Part shown: positions 1 to 12,960 of the stretch, one piece after another
Numbering within the stretch: position 1 is the stretch's first letter
Layout: every line of letters begins with the position of its first letter
DNA from: Octopus sinensis
Taxonomy: Eukaryota
Reading direction: 5' to 3'
NCBI RefSeq assembly: GCF_006345805.1
Contig: NC_042997.1
Span: 29,760,001-29,824,000, forward strand
Length of the DNA: 64,000 nt
Program-made: the position numbers and the translations under genes
The notes under the pieces: generated by a model
Databases searched by the model: none
Seen by the model: the letters and a program-made list of their open reading frames with translations, nothing else
Told to the model about the DNA's origin: nothing

Positions 1-670
1 TCCCAGCGTATGTAATCTTTGTGAAAATTAAATAGCATTTCTAATTAAGTTAATCGTGGTGACATGATAATATATTCCTGTGAGCAGTTTATTTGCATTA
101 CATTATTCAGTTATTTTGAATAAATTTTTCTTCCACGATTCATACAATGTTATTTGGTTATTCTAAGAATATATCGTAGATGAGTGTTTTGCTTTTAGTT
201 TTATTTGTTTTAAAAGCTGGAGCAAAATCCACCCACCATTCCTTTGTGCTACATAAAACAGTTCATCGTCAGAGTCGTTATATAAAAGAAATATTTAATC
301 TAAAACTACATACAACATGAAAACAAAATTGATATAATCATAAAGTGGAATGAAACATAATTTGAATTTTTGCTATCGACTTAATTACATAATAATACAT
401 CATGGAACTAATTAATTCAGAAATTCGTGGTATACTGGGGTTAGCTAAAAACATAATGTTTTGTAAACTATACTACACTTCGTAGATTTTCCCCAAAAGG
501 TGTAAGGATATAATACAGTGAAAGATACTACAAATATAGAAACTGCTGCGTTACAAATCATACAAGAGATGTTATATTTGCAGTAGTCAAATACGGGATG
601 GAATATTTTTGCCTGCTACCACTATAATTCAGAGCATTATCAGAACGCTGCCACGAGAATTATTTGAGGG

Positions 671-1042
671 GTGAATACATATACATACATATATACTGAG
701 GGATCGGAGTTCTCTTTCAAACAGGATCAACGTTTTACAGTGATTAACAACTTCACAAGTGCATCAGAAAATCTAACTTATGTATCAACTTGCTCTGAGT
801 GTCGAGAGCAATATATAGGCCAAATCAAACGCAGTCTACGCTCAAGGATGGCTCTACATAGATCACAGATCAAAATTCGGGAATACAGAAAAATAGAATT
901 CAGCCAACACAACGATGTCTGCGCTACTAACAAGCAACCCAGTTTCCGAATTGTTTCCCCCTATAACTTCAGGGACGACGCAACCTGTAGTCAGCGCATT
1001 AGTAAAGAGTTTATTTTATCACAAAATATAAAGCCTTTTTGA
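671..1042 (+). mobile_element. Penelope-like element remnant, GIY-YIG endonuclease domain
   Basis: ORF contains NFTSASENLTYVSTCSECREQYIGQIKRSLRSRMALHRSQI, matching the PLE pattern CxSxNLIYxIxCxxC..YIGQT..LxxRxxxH; a degenerate RT-like YIVDECF lies upstream near 170-200. Confidence 0.8.
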
Positions 1043-1225
1043 ATGTCTCCACCCCAAATAAGATTATTACAAGGGCCTTGGAATATTACCCACTGAAATA
1101 TTAAATTCGTTATATTCAGAATAGTCACTACTATTACAACCACAACAGGTAACTTTTAGGTCATTTGACCATTTAAAAGGATTCAACCAACATCGTACTA
1201 CTGTCATAACACACCTGCATTTTTA

Positions 1226-1290
1226 TTGTTGTTGTTGTTGTTGTCGTTGTTGTTGTTCTTCTTCTTCTTCTTCTTCTTCTTCTTCTTCTT
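1226..1290. repeat. (TTG)n-(TTC)n microsatellite
   Basis: Direct reading. Confidence 0.95.
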
Positions 1291-1349
1291 CACCACCCCC
1301 TTTCTCAACTATCACTGCTGCTTAAACGATCAAAACCAAGAACTCATAT

Positions 1350-1560
1350 CAAATATTAAGTTTAAGTTAATTGAGTTAATTATTTGGCTCAAAAAGCAAA
1401 AAGCAAGGCCATGTAGGGGGACATGGAGTTATGAACGGGGAGGGTGTTCATGCAAAGAGTTCAGGCCATTTCTGGTCAAGAGAGACTTTGAACCGAGGGG
1501 TCGTTGGCATCTTCACTATCTCGTCCGGCAGCTTATTCCACGGATCCGCAACCCGGATGG
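1350..1560 (-). mobile_element. 3' end of a CR1/L2-like LINE (ORF2 C-terminus plus 3' UTR)
   Basis: Minus strand encodes RVADPWNKLPDEIVKMPTTPRFKVSLDQKWPELFA*, the typical CR1/L2 C-terminal RVxxxWNxLP..FKxxLD motif; stop at 1448-1450. Confidence 0.72.
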
Positions 1561-2049
1561 GGCTGGATTGTGTGAGGTAGTGTTACGAGGGAGGGGTAAC
1601 GATGAAGGGAGAGGGAGAAGGGAGAAGGTGGATAGGAGTGCAGAGAAGAGAGGAGAGTAGTAGTGAAGAGAAGAGTAGGAGTCGGAGAAAGGGAGGAGAG
1701 GTGGGTGGGAGAAAGTAGGTGTGAGAGGGAGAGAGGAGTAGAGAGGTGGTTAGATAAAGAAGGGACGAGAGTTGAGCCCATGTGGCGCAAAGTAGCCGAA
1801 ACGGGAGCCCGGATGGCCCCTGTGCAAGGACAATCCGAACACACACCGGAGTAAGCAGATAAATGCGATAAAACGTGGAAAAACAGTAATCGAATACCAG
1901 AAGTAGAGTAATATGCTTTATTTAATAGCAGCAGAAATATCACAAAAACTGTTACTCAGAGTTTTACGTTCCTGTTCGTTTGACGAACGGGCACCTGAAA
2001 CATTTTTGTGGCATTTCTGCTGCTATTCAATAAAGTATGTATATATATA

Positions 2050-2112
<63 letters not shown>

Positions 2113-2271
2113 CTTATAATCAAGGGCAAAAGAAAAAAATTCCAATGCCAAATATGCCGAAAATAGGCTTAAATAGTCAATAACAACATATAATTCATCA
2201 CTATAAGTACACGTCTCGAAGCAAGCCGACAGAAATTTCTAAAAAATTCCGTTATTACCGAATCGGTATAT

Positions 2272-3459
2272 TTAATACTTACCCTTGTAGTTTACGACTT
2301 TTTTCCAAAGTTCAACAAGATTTTCAATACCTCGTTGATAGAAATCACCCAATTTCGACCAAGCTCTCAATTCTGCATCAGTATTGAACGTAACTCCGCG
2401 CATAGCATTTGAAAGAGATCGAAAGAGGTGGAAATCTATTGGTACCAAACAGGAGAGTACGGCAGGTGTGGCAGCACTACCCAGCCATGCGTTTGAATGG
2501 CTTGCTTGGTCATATTGGCGATATGAGGGCGGGCATTGTCGTGCAGCAGAACTCCATGCTGACGATTAGGTGTTTTCTCATGAAAAGTCTTGTTGAGTCC
2601 TTCCATCTGTTGAACATAGACCTCCGCGCTGACCGTTTGTTTCCGTTCATGCAATTCATAATAGATAATCCCTTCCCAGTTCCACCATACGCACAACATG
2701 GTTTTACGCGGATGAAGATCTTGTTTCACGTGCGGTATCGCTTGTTTACCGGGGTTAGGCCATTCCTTATACAGGTTTATTTTGATGTACAGGCACCATT
2801 TCTCGTCGCTAGTAAGGATTCGGTAAATAAATCGTTGCATGTGTCCATGAGTTGAGCGGTGTCAAGCAAGCAAACCAGAGGATGTTGTGGCTCGTTGATT
2901 TTTGTCATTGGCACTTAAAGCATGTGGAACCCATGCTCCATACTTCTGAAGCTTTCCCACCGAGTGAAAATGCCGCCCTATAACAGTGTGGGAGCATTCT
3001 CTTTTCCCTGCCATTTCCCTTGTCGTTTGACGAGAATTTTCGTGCAAAAGTTGGTTTAATCGCTCTTCATCGAAGACAACTGGACGGCCAGATCTAGGTG
3101 CGTCTTTGGGGTTAAAATTTCCGTTTTTTAACTTGGCATACCAATCACGAGCGGTTCTGTCAGCTGTGGCACCCTCTCCATACACAGAACAAATGTCACG
3201 AGCAGCTTTTGCGGCCTTCGAACCTTTATTAAATACAAAAAGAAGGTGTCGAATATGCTCTGTTTTCTTAACTTGACATTCCATTTTAATGATCTCAAAG
3301 TAAACAAAAATTAACTAAAATTTATTAGAAAAAAACCAATATAGATTCCAAAATGATTCAAAAATAGAATTCTGGAAAGAAAATAGATTCTAAAATTTAA
3401 AAACGCAATAAATTCCAGTATCAAAAAAAGACAGCGGGAACTTAGTTGCCAACCCCATA
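2272..3459 (-). mobile_element. mariner (DD34D) transposon fossil, frameshifted transposase, 5' TIR only
   Basis: ORFs 2862-3284 (HTH, PRSGRP, WVPHAL) and 2436-2840 (TSDEKW, HDNARPH, YSP) plus DFHLFRSL downstream; minus-strand TIR TA-TGGGGTTGGCAACTAAGTTCCCGC ending at 3459 resembles mellifera-subfamily TIRs; no matching 3' TIR found. Confidence 0.92.
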
Positions 3460-3583
3460 CTTCAAATTTGTATCTCTGTCGTCTTTCACGGAAAATGTAA
3501 AGCAATATACGCTACATAATATGTACTAAAACATACATTATAACTCTTCCATTCTACTCAAACTATTACTCAAAGCTTTTTAC

Positions 3584-3622
3584 ATTCTTGTTCATTATTA
3601 TTATTATTATTTACATTCTTGT

Positions 3623-3667
<45 letters not shown>

Positions 3668-3671
3668 TATT

Positions 3672-3734
<63 letters not shown>

Positions 3735-3745
3735 GTTATTATTAT
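3584..3745. repeat. (ATT)n microsatellite
   Basis: Direct reading. Confidence 0.95.
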
Positions 3746-5953
3746 CATGTTTTAGACAGGATAATTTCTACCTGTCTCAAAAACACAGATTTGAAATTAC
3801 CATTAACGTTTTCTAGGGATACTGGAAATGGACCATCGTTTTTATCAGATGTTCAGATTTTGTCTGAAAGCATCTTGGGGTGAAAATGAAGTCAAACAGT
3901 CGGATTAATCACCATAGAAAATTACTTCTGCATTTCTTTTTCTGTCTGTATAGAATTCAATAGCTTGATGAACTATCTTTCACCTTACTAATATGTTTAA
4001 AGTTATTTATCATTTAGATATGTGTGATTTGGCGAGTTTCACTATCATGTATAGCAGTGAAGCAAAAAGTTAAATATACCAACGCAGCGTATTCCAATAT
4101 CCCCAGGTATTTATTGCGAAATATATTACAACTTGATAAATATTCATAGATATAGCGCTGTTTTATAGCACTTCAGATGAGTACGAAGCAGATGGAGTGA
4201 TTAACTCACAAAGACACGAATACAATAAATTGTCCTTAATATTCTGTGAAAGGAATGAAAAAATCTTATATATATTATATAAGTGAACGCCTAAGATATT
4301 CAAGTTGATGTTTTTGGTCACTGTCATTCTTGTTTTTGCTGTTGTTGCTTCTATTGATGTTGCTTAGCATCGTGACTTCACTTATCGGAACAGATCTATT
4401 GGCAAATGCGTTGCTGCTATAATACGAAACGTATTTTACGCAGAGTAAAATTATGCCTACACAAACGAATATACTATTTCTCTTTTAGACGGACGGAAAC
4501 ACTTTATTAAATAATATGGCTGCTGTTTCTAGCTGGTTGAACATAGCATATAAGCTCCTCTGTCAGCGCATAATTATGCATAATGATTATAAGGATTGAA
4601 CAACATACCAGAATATTTTATCTCTAACGCTTTATTAATGCCTATGAATACTTAATACGTAATATCTGTGTTCACGTAACTATAAAAGGTAACATTTATT
4701 TAATATTTTATGCAGACACATAGGGAATAGTCTCAAATATATGCAATTCATCACAATATAGGTCAGCATTTAAATACCAGGATTATGATGCGAAAGTGAA
4801 TCGGAAACAATGTTTTCATTTAGTCAGAGATTATTATCATATAAATTAAAGTGCGTTGCATAAATATTTCAAAAGCACCATCTGTAGAGATATTTCCCTT
4901 GTCTTTTAGTTTCAAGCCCTTTAATGACTGATAGGAGTAACATCATGGTATCGTAGGCATTAATACACAACGTGGAGCACACAGCTCTCTCGTTCGCACG
5001 AGAGCATATTACAAATAATAGCAAAACAGACGGACCTACAAAATGAGTTGCAGAAAGTGGAGAGTACGATGAATTTTAGTAGAAATGTCCTGACGTCGTT
5101 CATTCGACGTTGACTTAAATGACATCAGATATTTAAATGTTTCTCTCTTGTTTCTCATTTTCTCTCCCTTTCTCACCTTCCCTCTTCCTCTGACTTTACA
5201 TGTGGAAGCATATTTCGCTTTTTGTGTACGTGAAGAGATGATGTGTTTATGCCAATTGTGTTCAATTAATACATGTTAATGCCTATCTATCCCTGGCGCA
5301 TTGAGTCCGTACTTCTTCTCGCGCGTGTGTATACGCTTGCTTGCAGAGCCAAAACGTACTGTTATCCATTATCGATTCAGTCGTGTAAAGTCGCCAATGT
5401 CCAAAGAGGGACGGCGGATCGTCTCATCCCGGAATGAGAAGAATCAATTTTAGTATATGACGAATAATATATTTAAAGGGAATGAAAAGAAATACAGGAA
5501 AAGTGTCCTCGTTGGACTCTGATTTCAGAGCGTAAGAATGATTTTTCGAATTGTTTGAATATATCAATTTCTGTTATATTGGCGAAGCGATTGAAATGCC
5601 CAAATATGAAAAAACGTTCTATTTTAAAATACAAAATAATTTGGAATACATTTCCACATTTGTGTAATAATTGTACATTTGTGAAAAACAGAGTTAAACA
5701 AAACCTGCAGAAGGGGACACTGAATTCTCAACACAAACGCTCAGAAGAAAGTTTCGGTGAGTATAATTTCTATGTATGTTTATATGTATGTATATATACA
5801 TATATGTGTGAGTGTATGAGTGTGTGTGTACTATGTATATATTGTCAGCGTGTGTGTATTTGAATGGTATATATATATATATATATATGTAGGTCCCGGG
5901 TTGATCCGGGGTTAACCACAGTAAGTAAGGTACTCAATACATAGCAGAGTAAA

Positions 5954-6083
5954 ATTAATTTATTATATAGAAGGAGCTTCTACAGGACTAGTACTGTTTC
6001 ATTCAAGAGAAATCTTCCTGAAGATTTCTCTTGAATGAAACAGTACTAGTCCTGTAGAAGCTCCTTCTATATAATAAATTAAT
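5954..6083. repeat. Perfect palindrome: 64-bp arms with a 2-nt loop
   Basis: 5954-6017 is the exact reverse complement of 6020-6083; the insert sits between (TA)n tracts. Confidence 0.95.
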
Positions 6084-6149
6084 ATATATATATATATATA
6101 TATATGAGAAAATATTGTTGTTTATTCCACGTGTTTTTATATAAATGGA

Positions 6150-6950
6150 AATAGAAAAGATAAAAAAAAACACAAGATTTGTTTTACATAACTAAAGAAT
6201 ATATTAGAGTCATCATAGTAAAAGTATTATATAATTTTATACAAACTAATATTTTTTCTTCCAACATAATATAACCGGTTTCGCTAACGCTTTCAAAAGT
6301 TTGAGAATTTCATACAAGTTGGAGTTAGAAAGTATGTTTGCTAGAGGGGATATTTGGTAACCAAAGTATTTTTCAGTACAGGGTAGGTAAATCTTTAAAT
6401 GTTAATATTGATTTGTATTTGATTCTGGCTTATATCAGAATTATATTCAATAGATGGGATAAATCTTTACTTTTCAATATGGGTTTATGTTTAATTCTGG
6501 CTTATATGTTTCGATAAATGAGACCTGGTTATTTAGTCGCACTTTGTTGAGGTCCAAATAGCAAAATGATATAATGGGAACATTGGGAATTGTGGTTGTA
6601 GTTGTTCTGCACATCTGATAAGGTAGAATTTCCCTCAGTTTGGGGTCCTTATAGAGTATTGGAATGATGTGAAATGCTTCTTTCTTTCTGGGGTTGCATG
6701 TGGATACATAAGGTAGTGTTTTCAAAGTAGGTGTGTTATTGTGTTCGAATTGCTTAACGTTTTTATCCCAATCGATTGTGCACGTTTAATCCCATCATTT
6801 ATGAGTTGAATTTGGTAGTGTCTGTCCACGAGTACCTTTTCAAGGTCTTGCAATTTGAGCTCTCTGGTACTTTTTTCGGACACTATGGTGAAAATTCTTC
6901 TTGCATGCGGATATTTGATTTGATATATCTCGAGTGACATCAGCTAAATA
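6150..6950 (-). mobile_element. Penelope-like fragment (RT thumb/linker joined to the C-terminal end and pLTR)
   Basis: YPHARRIFTIVSE...LVDRHYQIQLINDGIKRA, then TLPYVSTCNP, ending RLNNQVSFIETYKPELNINPY*; 3' part is an inverted diverged copy of 7400-7870. Confidence 0.72.
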
Positions 6951-6989
6951 ATATATATTGTTTAACGTCTCTGGTTTTGGAAAAGAATA

Positions 6990-7870
6990 TCCGTTTATAT
7001 ACTTTTTTTTCAAGGAAATACTACGTACTCATGAAATCATTAAAAGCAGTAAACAACCAAAGACATTAAAGAAGATCCTCACAAAATTACAATTATTCCC
7101 AAGATTAACAGATGCAAGAATATAACAATACGGTCGTCCTAACTGACGACCGCATTCTACTTGCGGAACATGTCCCAATCTTTTGGAAAGATAACAATTC
7201 TGTTTTAGACAAGGGCAAATATTCAAAATAAAATCACAAAATCACTTGCGCCTCTGAAAACATCATTTATGTAATCAGGTGTTCGGGCTGCCATAAAAAC
7301 TCTATAGTGTCTACAGGAACGTCTCTCAGATGAAGATGCACAGTACACAAACAACAGATATCTTCCCCCCAAACATCAGATATTTATCAGTGAACACATT
7401 GACAGATATTCAGAACAAGTGCAACCACAATTCCTACTTTTCCCATTATATCAATTTGCTATTTGGACTTCATCACCGAATGCGACTAAATAAAGAGGTC
7501 TCAGTTATCGAAAAATATAAGCCAGAAATAAATATAAACCCATATTGAAAAGTAATGATTTACCCCCATCTATTGAATATAATATTGATATAAGCTAGAA
7601 TCAAATCCAATTCGATATTAAAATTTACAGATTTACCTACCCTCTACTGAAAAACACCTTGGTTACGAATTATCTCCCTTAGCAAACAAAAGCTCTAACT
7701 CCAAATTATATCCAACACTCAAACATTTGAAAAGCATCAGCGAAACCGATTATATTATGCTGGAAGTTAAAATCTTATTTTGTATAATATTGTAAAATAA
7801 TTTTACTATGATGATTCTAATATATTCTTTAGTCATGTAAAACAAATCTAAGTTTTTTCATTTTTTCTCT
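6990..7870 (+). mobile_element. Penelope-like fragment with degraded GIY-YIG domain and pLTR
   Basis: Frameshifted KSSKQPKTLKKILT, TCPNLLE, ITCASENIIYVIRCSGC, RCTVHKQQI; ends RLNKEVSVIEKYKPEININPY*. Confidence 0.78.
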
Positions 7871-8559
7871 TTCCCTGTATGTATATATGGGGTGTATGTA
7901 TATGCTAAAATTATCATACAAAAAACAAAAATATAGATGTATAAAATATAAATAAAGATAGGCATAATTGAAAATATCTATATATATAATCCCACATTAT
8001 ATTCAAGTATCTATTGGATATAATCTATGGGAGTTTTGATAATATATATTTAAAATTTTATTAAATGAATTAAGTTTATAAATAATTACTTATATATTTA
8101 TGTCGATGTCTGGAGAAAAAACAATAGCATGTATACTTGTGCATGTGCATTAAGAAAATATAATGATGTTATAACGGTTGTTCACATTTGAATGTATCTA
8201 TTCACATTTGAATGTATCTATTCTCATAACTAGTAATATTTAGAGAAAAGGTGTTTAGCTGCATATGGACAAGCTAAAACACTCTCATTCCAAGGGACCA
8301 GCTGTAAAGATGTCAACACATTTTTCTTTTTTCTCTCTTCCTTCTTTATTTCTTTCTCTTTTCCATTGACACTCTTTTCAGATACACAGACACCTACACA
8401 CACACGAACACACACACACGAACACACACACACACACACTTACAAAACAATGGTTAACAGAAATCCAGACAATTTTTTGAAAAATAACATCTACCCTCCT
8501 CGGAGTAACCACCTGGGTTTGCCATTTCTAAAAGCCAAGAATCACTTTCTATTGAAGGG

Positions 8560-9700
8560 ATTGACCAGCTGTATAAAAGTAAACACATTTTTCTTCTTTT
8601 TCTCTGTGTTTTGGCGTGGATATCTTCCTTTAGCTGTTCTTTTACCAAAGGTGTGCTTTGTCCTGTAATTTGTATTTATGTAGTATTTCTCGTCTCTTGT
8701 TGCACAATAGTGCAGATTTTCTACTAGTTTCATTAAGGATTTACAGATCCTTTCTGTACTTGTCTATTTTCTTCTGGATATTATTTATCTAAAAGGTTTG
8801 TTTGGATGGTGACACTCCTGTTTGGATGGGTTTTAGTGGGTATCCAGCTACCTTTTTGGCCTCATAGGCTGTTGCATATATTATATCATTTAGCCTGATG
8901 ATATTGACATCTGTTTCTATTGTTATTAGTTCTGTAACGGCCGGGTTATTATTGATGTTGTTTTTGTTATCAATTTTATTTTTTAGGAGGTATCATCGGT
9001 GATCCATAATGAGATCTGTGGGTTTCAATTTTTTATTATGCTCATTTTTAGAGGGTCATAATCATTAGTTTCACCCTCACTGTTTTAGATTTGTTTAGTG
9101 TTCCCTACCGTTCATATTTTTGTCTGTGGTGTTCTGCTTTGTGCATTTTGTTCGTTATACATTCTTACAGTCTGGATTTGTTGCCTTTCGTTCTTTACTT
9201 CGTTTGTGCTGGACATGCTACGTCGCCTTCATATTTCACATTCGTTGTTGCACTGTGGTTAGTATCTACGTCTTCCTGATGTATTATTCCTTTTAAGTGT
9301 TCTATTTCTATAATTTCGTTTTGTCTTGAGAATATATCTCCGTGTGTTTGTTAGTATATTTGGGTTCATTGCTGTATCCATATCTTTATCCTGGTTATTT
9401 CTCTTCCAGATATCATGTGTATATGTTGTGTGGGTAGAACACTGCTGTGAAATAAGCGTGTAGGATTGAAATATATTCATCGCGTGTCCATTTATGCTTT
9501 TTGAGGACATGAGGAATAACGCCCGGCTCTTTATTTTTGATGGTAATCATTTTCGTAGGGTACCGGTTCATTCATTTCTTGTGTTAAATGTTTTTTGTGC
9601 GTGTAGCTTTTCGTATTTTTTGTGTAACAACTTTAAAGTACATATTCCTCTTTGTTATCCTTGGGTTGAATAATATGGGTATTATTTAATTTAATTTTCA
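8560..9700 (-). mobile_element. Degraded N-terminal ORF region of an R4/Dong-like non-LTR retrotransposon
   Basis: Broken frames give HKWTRDEYISILHAYF, NILTNTRRYILKTKR, RLNDIIYATA, IQKKIDKYRKDL, KEQLKEDIHAKTQRKRR, resembling R4/Dong N-terminal motifs from memory. Confidence 0.55.
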
Positions 9701-10011
9701 TTTTTTGTGTATGCTGGTTGGGGACGAAAATGGTCTGATGTTGATTGGATTGTAAAGTGGGTCGCTGTTTACACATGTTATGCGAGTGTTGGAGATGACA
9801 CACAGTTAAAATAAATCATATCATTTAGAAAATAGAAATTAATATAAATGAGTATTACTTGGATATCGTCCAAAATTTGTCAGTTATTTTAGGTTCCATT
9901 TCTTGTCGTAATTTCCGATGTTTTTGGATAGATTTCGGAGCAGTGTTTCATCGCTCTCACACGTTAAATCGTCCCCGGTTTTCTTTGTGTTAAACGTCCT
10001 CGGTTTATCCA

Positions 10012-10043
10012 CATTATTATTATCATTGTTATTATTATTATTA

Positions 10044-10092
<49 letters not shown>

Positions 10093-10138
10093 GTTATTAT
10101 TATTATTATTATTATTATCATTATTATTATTGTTGTTG

Positions 10139-10230
<92 letters not shown>

Positions 10231-10280
10231 GTTATTATTATTGTTGTTGTTGATGTTGTTGTTGTTATTGTTGCTGTTGT
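10012..10280. repeat. (ATT)n/(GTT)n microsatellite
   Basis: Direct reading; forms the 3' flank of the minus-strand R4/Dong piece at 10285-10798. Confidence 0.95.
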
Positions 10281-10284
10281 TATT

Positions 10285-10798
10285 CTGAAAGCCTCTCGGA
10301 TAGTTCTTAATTACCAGTTATTCTTTACTTGAAAAGAGGCAACAACAAATCCCTAAAGGTTTCAAGTTGTACCTTCTCCTATGTCTCAAAGAGACAATAG
10401 AATAGGAGTTGTATCCAACAAAGCCGTCTTCTGGATCACCTCGAGCCTGACAGCAACTCTTTTATATTCAAAACTCTGAAAAAAAGCTCCTAATTACCAT
10501 CGGTATCACCATTATATTCGTTATGGCCCATAACAGGCTGGTATTTCTCACTCTTTTCTCTTTCCTCATATTTCACCCACGAATCGCCTGGTATTGCAAT
10601 ATCTGTTATCTTTCATTCTTTTTCATCTTAATGGATGAACACGATATCTGGTAGTCCCTCCTCTATGATTTTGTCACACTGCACGTCAAACACTTTGTAA
10701 TGCTCTTTTTACACTACTCCCTCAGGCTTGTGTTCATATAATTTTTCGGCTCTCTCGAGCTTTGCTTTACCGTACAACAGCTAATGGACATATCTGGA
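10285..10798 (-). mobile_element. R4/Dong-like 3' fragment, degraded REL (PD-D/ExK) endonuclease
   Basis: Minus strand: YEHKPEGVV*KEHYKVFDVQCDKIIEEGLPDIVFIH...ITDIAIPGD...EKSEKYQ. Confidence 0.72.
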
Positions 10799-10799
10799 C

Positions 10800-10826
10800 T
10801 ATAATAATAATAATAATATAATAATA

Positions 10827-10857
<31 letters not shown>

Positions 10858-10924
10858 TATTATTATTATATTATTATATTATTATTATTATTATATTATT
10901 ATTATTATTTTATTATTATTATTA

Positions 10925-10968
<44 letters not shown>
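10800..10968. repeat. (AAT)n switching polarity to (ATT)n near 10855
   Basis: Direct reading. Confidence 0.9.
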
Positions 10969-11900
10969 CATAGTTTTATTTTTATAAGGTACTTTCATTT
11001 CACTACCGAGCGCAGCTCTGTGTGCCTTGGGTATATGCTGTGGTTTGCTGTGATGCTCTTATAGTTACTGTATTGAAAGTGTTTTGCGTATGATGCGTGC
11101 AGTGACCAATAGTGCAATTTTCTGTATGTTGTATATATTTGTAAGTCCTGGTGTGTTTGTGGTGCATTTGTCTGAATATTTTTTATCATACCAAATGCGT
11201 CCACTATGATAGGATATGTTTCTGTTTTTAGTCGCCACATTCGAGTTACCTCTATTTACAGATCTTTGTATTTTTAAAGTTTCTCCATTTCTTTTAGAGA
11301 AACGTTGTCATCTGCTGGCACTAATACATCAATTAGATGGCATTTTTTCTCCTTGATCTCTGACAACTATATCTGGCATATTGGCCTTAATTTCTCTATC
11401 TGCATGTAGACGCATATCCCACAATATGGTTGCTTTTTCGTTTTCTGTGACCTTTTCTAGCTTGTGCTTATACCATCTTTTTTCTGTTGTCATTCCATAG
11501 TGTTGGCATAACTTCCAGTGTATATAGGTCCCAATTCTGTCGTGTCTGTGAATATATTCCATCTTAGCCAGTACTGGACAGACAGAGATAATGATTTATT
11601 TTTCTTGTCCATCTCCACATATTTTGAAGTTACTTGTTATGTTTCTTTCATTATATGTTTTTGGTAATTTCTGGTGAGGGGCTTTGGTCTTGTGCTGCAA
11701 TTAAGAATCCTTCAGTCTCTGCTTTGAGTCTCTCTTTGAGTCTCTGTTTCTCAACAATTGCTGGGATGTTTCTCTACTTCTTTTGCGTTTAGTTCAACCC
11801 AGAATTTGCAATGAAGGGGCTTTTCTTGACATCGTTTTATCAAGGTCCGTTGCTGTTCTAGTTTTAGTTTGGATTTAATTTGTTTTATAGCTTTTGCTCT
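10969..11900 (-). mobile_element. 5'-truncated R4/Dong-like element (CCHC plus REL endonuclease, 3' UTR, AAT tail)
   Basis: LKAETEGFLIAAQD, EYIHRHDRIGTYIHWKLC, ILWD..HADREIKANMPDIVV, MWRLKTETYPIIV; 3' UTR is the same family as 25440-25548. Confidence 0.88.
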
Positions 11901-12270
11901 TCTTCTTCTTCTTCTTTTTCCTTATTCTTCTTCTTCTTCTTCTTCTTCTTCTTTCTTCTTCTTCTTTTCTTATTCTTCCCCTCTTTCTTCTTCCTTTCTT
12001 CTTCTTCTTCTTCTTCTCTTCTTCTTTTTCTTCTTCTTCTTCTTTTTCTTCTTCTTCTTCTTTCTTCTTCTTTTTCTTCGTCTCTTTTCGTCGTCTTCTT
12101 CTTCTTTTTCTTCGTTTTCTTCTTCTTCTTCTTCGTCTTTTTCTTCGTCTTCTTCTTTTTCTTCTTTTTCTTCGTCTTCTTCTTTTTTCTTCTTCTTCTT
12201 CGTCTTCTTCTTCTTCTTCTTTTTCTTCTTCTTCTTCTTCTTCTTCCACTTCTTTTTCTTCTTCTTGTCG
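11897..12270. repeat. (TTC)n-type pyrimidine microsatellite
   Basis: Direct reading. Confidence 0.95.
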
Positions 12271-12960
12271 TTCTTCCATTTTTGCCCTCTTGATTATCAT
12301 CGTATAAATAGTGTATACACCATATAATTCACTCTGCATTCACAATACATTTCCGCCTTGCGGGTTTTCCATTAAGAGCACTTTTGTATTTTATTCCCTG
12401 TATATCTAGAAAGATCAATGCTTGATTGTTGCTTTGCAGTTTTATAATTTCCAACGTCGATTATGAAGTTATTCTGTGAACGACTACACAGTCTAATATG
12501 CTCTTTGCGATAGCAGGGGATTACATAGAATTTAAATTGTTTCAAGATGTCATTAAAAGATCATTCTCTGTTATTGAGCACATATCACATTTTTATTGAA
12601 TGACAACTATTTCTACATTTAAAATATTTTCTCTGTTCTTTCGTTAGCTCTTCCCTTTTTAACACTCTATGCCCCTCCTTTTCTGCTTAAATTTCACATA
12701 TGGTATTTATTGTGTTTAACTTTCTATTATCTTTAATTCTTATATTTCTTATAAACGATTCTTTTCTCACCATGCTTTTCATATTTTACAAAATTCGAGA
12801 AGAACGGTTGTTAATAAAATTATGTTATCGTAACGTCATATACGTAATATTTACGTCAATGAAGGTTTCAGAATTCAAATTTCTTTATATTAATAGTATG
12901 TTTATATAACACTCCCAGAAGGATTAGCATTACAGTCTGTTATTTTAAAGTAAATTCTAA

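Noticed and set aside
5320-5460. GC-richer island following ttgcag, considered as an exon
   Set aside because: All frames close quickly or give no recognisable protein
9918-10012. Possible HDV-like ribozyme at the 5' end of the R4/Dong piece
   Set aside because: I could not build the nested double pseudoknot; the segment may instead be a Penelope C-terminal scrap
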